IMG/VR virus record: IMGVR_UViG_3300017971_000001
Coordinates: 124,001-188,000 of that record
DNA length: 64,000 bases
Strand: one strand, 5' to 3'
Made by a program: the position numbers and the translations under genes. This document shows, in pieces, positions 61,407 through 64,000 of this stretch. The notes below the pieces were generated by a model. The model did no database searches and had not been told where the DNA came from. It saw only the letters and a program-made list of their open reading frames with translations. The first letter of the stretch is position 1. Every line of letters starts with the position of its first letter.

Positions 61407-61480
61407 AGGAGTAGCTCAGCTACGAGAGAGCGTTCGGCCTCGAGTCGAAAGGTCGCGGCGTGCAATCCCCGCCTCCTGCA
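61405..61480 (+). tRNA. Aberrant tRNA-like element (nominal TCG, lacks U33)
   Basis: GCAGGAG/CTCCTGC acceptor; loop CCTCGAG; T loop GTGCAAT. Confidence 0.55.
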
Positions 61481-61613
61481 TTCTTCGGATCCAAGTTTCC
61501 ACGCCTCGGCGTGAGGAAAGACCGTAGCTCGTGCAAGGCGGGCTGGATCCATGTCGGTGGTCTTTGATAATCTTTCCCGCGAACTAGACCTCCGGTCTTT
61601 GAAATCTGATCAA

Positions 61614-61688
61614 CCGCCAGTAGCTCAGTTGGTAGAGCGTCGCGTCTAAGCAGCGCGAAGGTCAAGGGTTCGAGTCCCTTCCGGCGGA
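61614..61688 (+). tRNA. tRNA-like gene with enlarged anticodon loop, directly before the array
   Basis: Canonical D and T arms; TCGCG-TCTAAGCAG-CGCGA; one acceptor mismatch. Confidence 0.7.
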
Positions 61689-61692
61689 ACAC

Positions 61693-62690
61693 GAGCGAGT
61701 CCAGCAGACCGACCCGAACAGAGATCACGAGCGAGCCGACGAGCAAGACACGAACAGCGACTTCGAGCGAGCCGCTACCGACGACACGAGCATGGTATGC
61801 GAACGAGCAATGAGTTCGAATTCGATCGAAGGTGAAGAGCGAGTCGACTTTGCGGAATCGACCGTAGCAGATCAACGAGCCACCAGGTAAGAACCGACCC
61901 TAAGCAGCGAACGAGCCGCTAGAAGCGAATCGATCATGGCGAGCTAGCGAGCCATTGCCCCAGACACGAGCACCAAGGATAAGCGAGCTAAGGAACTCCG
62001 AGTCGAACATAGCCCATGAGCGAGCCCCTCATGCAGACACGATCAGAGATCGGGACCGAGCGCTCTGCGACGACACGATCAAAGCCCGCGACCGACCGAA
62101 TCTTGAGGTGAGAATCGATCCAGCATTGCGAGTGAGCCATGGACCGGGAAACGAGAAGCAAGCACAAGCGAGTCTCAGAACACGATCCGAACAACGACGA
62201 GGAACGAGCCTTAGCGCTCGACGCGAACGTCAAGAACAAGCGAGCCTCAGATCCACGACCTGACCGAAGAGGTAAAGCGAACCATGCGCCGGGAATCGAT
62301 CGCTACGAACAAGTGATCCGTAGCCTTCGAATCGAACGAAGAGAACGTGAGAGCCCCAGTTAGGGACCCGATCTAGACGAACGAGCGAGCCTTAATGTCC
62401 GACACGAGCAGCAGGAGCGGGAGCGAGTCCTGGTAGTCGAACCGACCAGACAGCCACGAACGAGCCTTTCACGTCGACGCGAGCATAGACGTGGATCGAG
62501 TCCTCAGCACAACGAATCGAGCATGGCGGAAGAGCGAGCCCTCGGCGTCGAAATGATTCATGAATCAAGAGCGAGTCGAACCCGATAACTCGAGCAGGGT
62601 TCCCGACCGAGCAGCCACTATCACCTAGACAAGATCGTGAAGAAGGAGCGAGCCTAAGCTCTGGACTTCAGCGTGACCGACAAGCGAGCC
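61693..62690 (+). repeat. Dual-repeat ~36-nt array, TIGR-like guide RNA array (27 units plus terminal repeat)
   Basis: Unit = GAGCGAGCC-N9-GA(C/A)NCGANC-N9 with nearly all spacers different. Confidence 0.85.
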
Positions 62691-62725
62691 CGCCCGCCGG
62701 ACCCCGGCAGGCGGGCTTCTTTTTT
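62687..62725 (+). terminator. Rho-independent terminator closing the array
   Basis: AGCCCGCCCGCCGG-ACC-CCGGCAGGCGGGCT-TCTTTTTT. Confidence 0.85.
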
Positions 62726-62739
62726 GCGAGAATGAAACC

Positions 62740-63813
62740 ATGACCTACCGAATCAATGCCCGCGGTGACCGCGGGCGGCGCGAGCTCGAGCGGGCAGGCG
62801 ACGTCGAGGCTCAGGCTTCCGCGCTGAACGAGCGCCGTAGGACCGGAGAGATCAGCGAGGGTGCCCTCTCTGCGCTCGTAGACCTTGGCTACGAACCTGC
62901 GTCCCTGCTCGTTGGTCGCGAAGGTGGAACGGCGCCGATCTACCGCTGGTCGAGCTTGCGCTACCCCGACCGTGAGATCTTCGACGTCGAGCGCCGGATC
63001 CATGACTACGGGAAGAAGGTGATCGCTCACTTCGCCTTCGAGTCGATCGCAACGTTGATCGGCCTGGCGAATCAGCGCGGAATGCTGGTCCACGACAGCA
63101 ACCGAGACACCGAGCTCTTCAAGTCTGGCATGCGCGCGGTCCCCTTCGGTGAGATCGGTGTCGACGAGATCGTGGTCGAATACGGACTCGCGCCGCTGGC
63201 CTATATCGACCTCTGCGCCGAGGTGCTCGAGGACCCGTCCACCATGCTTCCCAACGCAGCTGAGATTCGAGAGATCGAGACCCAACTGCGCGATATGCAG
63301 GCCCAAGAGGAAGAGGGTCGCCAGGTCGACGACGAGATCAACGAGCTCGAGGGCCGCCTCTACTACGCCCAGAACCCAGGTCAGTACGCCCGGGACATGA
63401 GGGACGCGGCTCACGTTGCCTCTGAGCACGCTCGCGACGAAGCCGAAGGGGCCGCTTTTCATTTCTCGGATCAGAGCTTGTCGCTTCCGCTGCTCTGGTA
63501 CGCGCTGGCGGAGGCGTGTGCCTCGCTGATCGATATCTTCTTCGGGTTTCGAATGCTGGAAGGAGAGAGTTTCTCGTTCACCCAGTCCGGCACGACCTAC
63601 CTGCCCAACGAGGACCTCAGCCCACGCAGTCTGCTCGAGGTCATGGCGAACTGCGCCTACGGCTACGGCTACACGAACGACCCTACGAACTTTCACCGTC
63701 CGTTCGGGGTTGCGATCGGCGGTTTCGACAGCATGTCCAAGCACTTCTGGCCGAGATTCGTCTCGGACTTTTCTCCGGACATGATCGAAACCATTCTTGA
63801 GGAGGGGTTGTGA
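62740..63813 (+). CDS. DER-module protein
   Basis: INARGDRGRRELERAGDVEAQASALNERRRTGEISEGALSALVDLGYEPA. Confidence 0.7.
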   Translation: MTYRINARGDRGRRELERAGDVEAQASALNERRRTGEISEGALSALVDLGYEPASLLVGREGGTAPIYRWSSLRYPDREIFDVERRIHDYGKKVIAHFAFESIATLIGLANQRGMLVHDSNRDTELFKSGMRAVPFGEIGVDEIVVEYGLAPLAYIDLCAEVLEDPSTMLPNAAEIREIETQLRDMQAQEEEGRQVDDEINELEGRLYYAQNPGQYARDMRDAAHVASEHARDEAEGAAFHFSDQSLSLPLLWYALAEACASLIDIFFGFRMLEGESFSFTQSGTTYLPNEDLSPRSLLEVMANCAYGYGYTNDPTNFHRPFGVAIGGFDSMSKHFWPRFVSDFSPDMIETILEEGL

Positions 63814-64000
63814 GCGACCGGAGGGAGAGGCAGGCAGAGCGGGTAGGGGACGAGGTCGGTCGACTCAAGGCCCTGCACCGCCGCGGCGTCCTGCCGTTCT
63901 GGAAGCTCGAACTCCTCGCCTGGCTCGACTATGAGCCTGCGAAGGAACTGGCAGAAGCGCCGGGCGAAGTGCGACTCCTCGACGCGGCGGACCTCGTCGC
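63810..64000 (+). CDS. DER-module protein, truncated by the window end
   Basis: GGAGG RBS, GTGA overlap; MSDRRERQAERVGDEVGRLKALHRRGVLPFWKLELLAWLDYEPA. Confidence 0.65.
   Translation, partial: MSDRRERQAERVGDEVGRLKALHRRGVLPFWKLELLAWLDYEPAKELAEAPGEVRLLDAADLV

Noticed and set aside
61955-62363. ORFs within the 36-nt array
   Set aside because: Short, no RBS, and occasional longer units break the frame; they are by-products of the repeat.
61693-62690. Calling the array a CRISPR
   Set aside because: Repeats and spacers are ~9 nt and of two alternating types; no cas1/cas2 or Cas effector is present.
62740-63813. Gene after the array as its Tas/Nop effector
   Set aside because: No recognisable Nop, RuvC or HNH motif, and a terminator separates it from the array; a structure search should still be run.

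Overview
GC-rich, gene-dense window with many ATGA/GTGA-coupled genes. It most resembles part of a large (jumbo-type) phage or similar mobile replicon; no capsid, terminase or tail gene is recognisable here. Genes run leftward over 1-36.6 kb and mostly rightward over 36.7-64 kb. Recognisable genes: dNMP kinase, tRNA-Gly, tmRNA, intein-containing SNF2 and UvrD helicases, two DNA methyltransferases, GHKL ATPase, an ERF/SSB/PD-(D/E)XK/RusA recombination block, Fe/Mn superoxide dismutase, HD nucleotidase, papain-like protease, vWA protein, AEP-type primase with CHC2 finger, oligoribonuclease, dual-specificity phosphatase and a Pth2-like protein. Two unannotated systems stand out. (1) A ~1 kb non-coding array at 61693-62690 of 27 units of ~36 nt (9-nt repeat A / ~9-nt variable / 9-nt repeat B / ~9-nt variable). 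It has the architecture of a TIGR-type tandem guide-RNA array, follows a cluster of aberrant tRNA-like genes, ends in a terminator, and has no recognisable Nop-domain effector in the window. (2) A family of proteins sharing a helical 'DERxRxLER...R.G' module, including large apparent polyproteins whose unrelated domains are separated by recurring basic-x-Asn-Pro motifs. Also noted: a ~380 nt highly structured intergenic RNA candidate, a perfect 43-bp repeat 38 kb apart, five Arg/Gly-rich small peptides and probable leaderless promoters. All calls are by eye; no searches were run.
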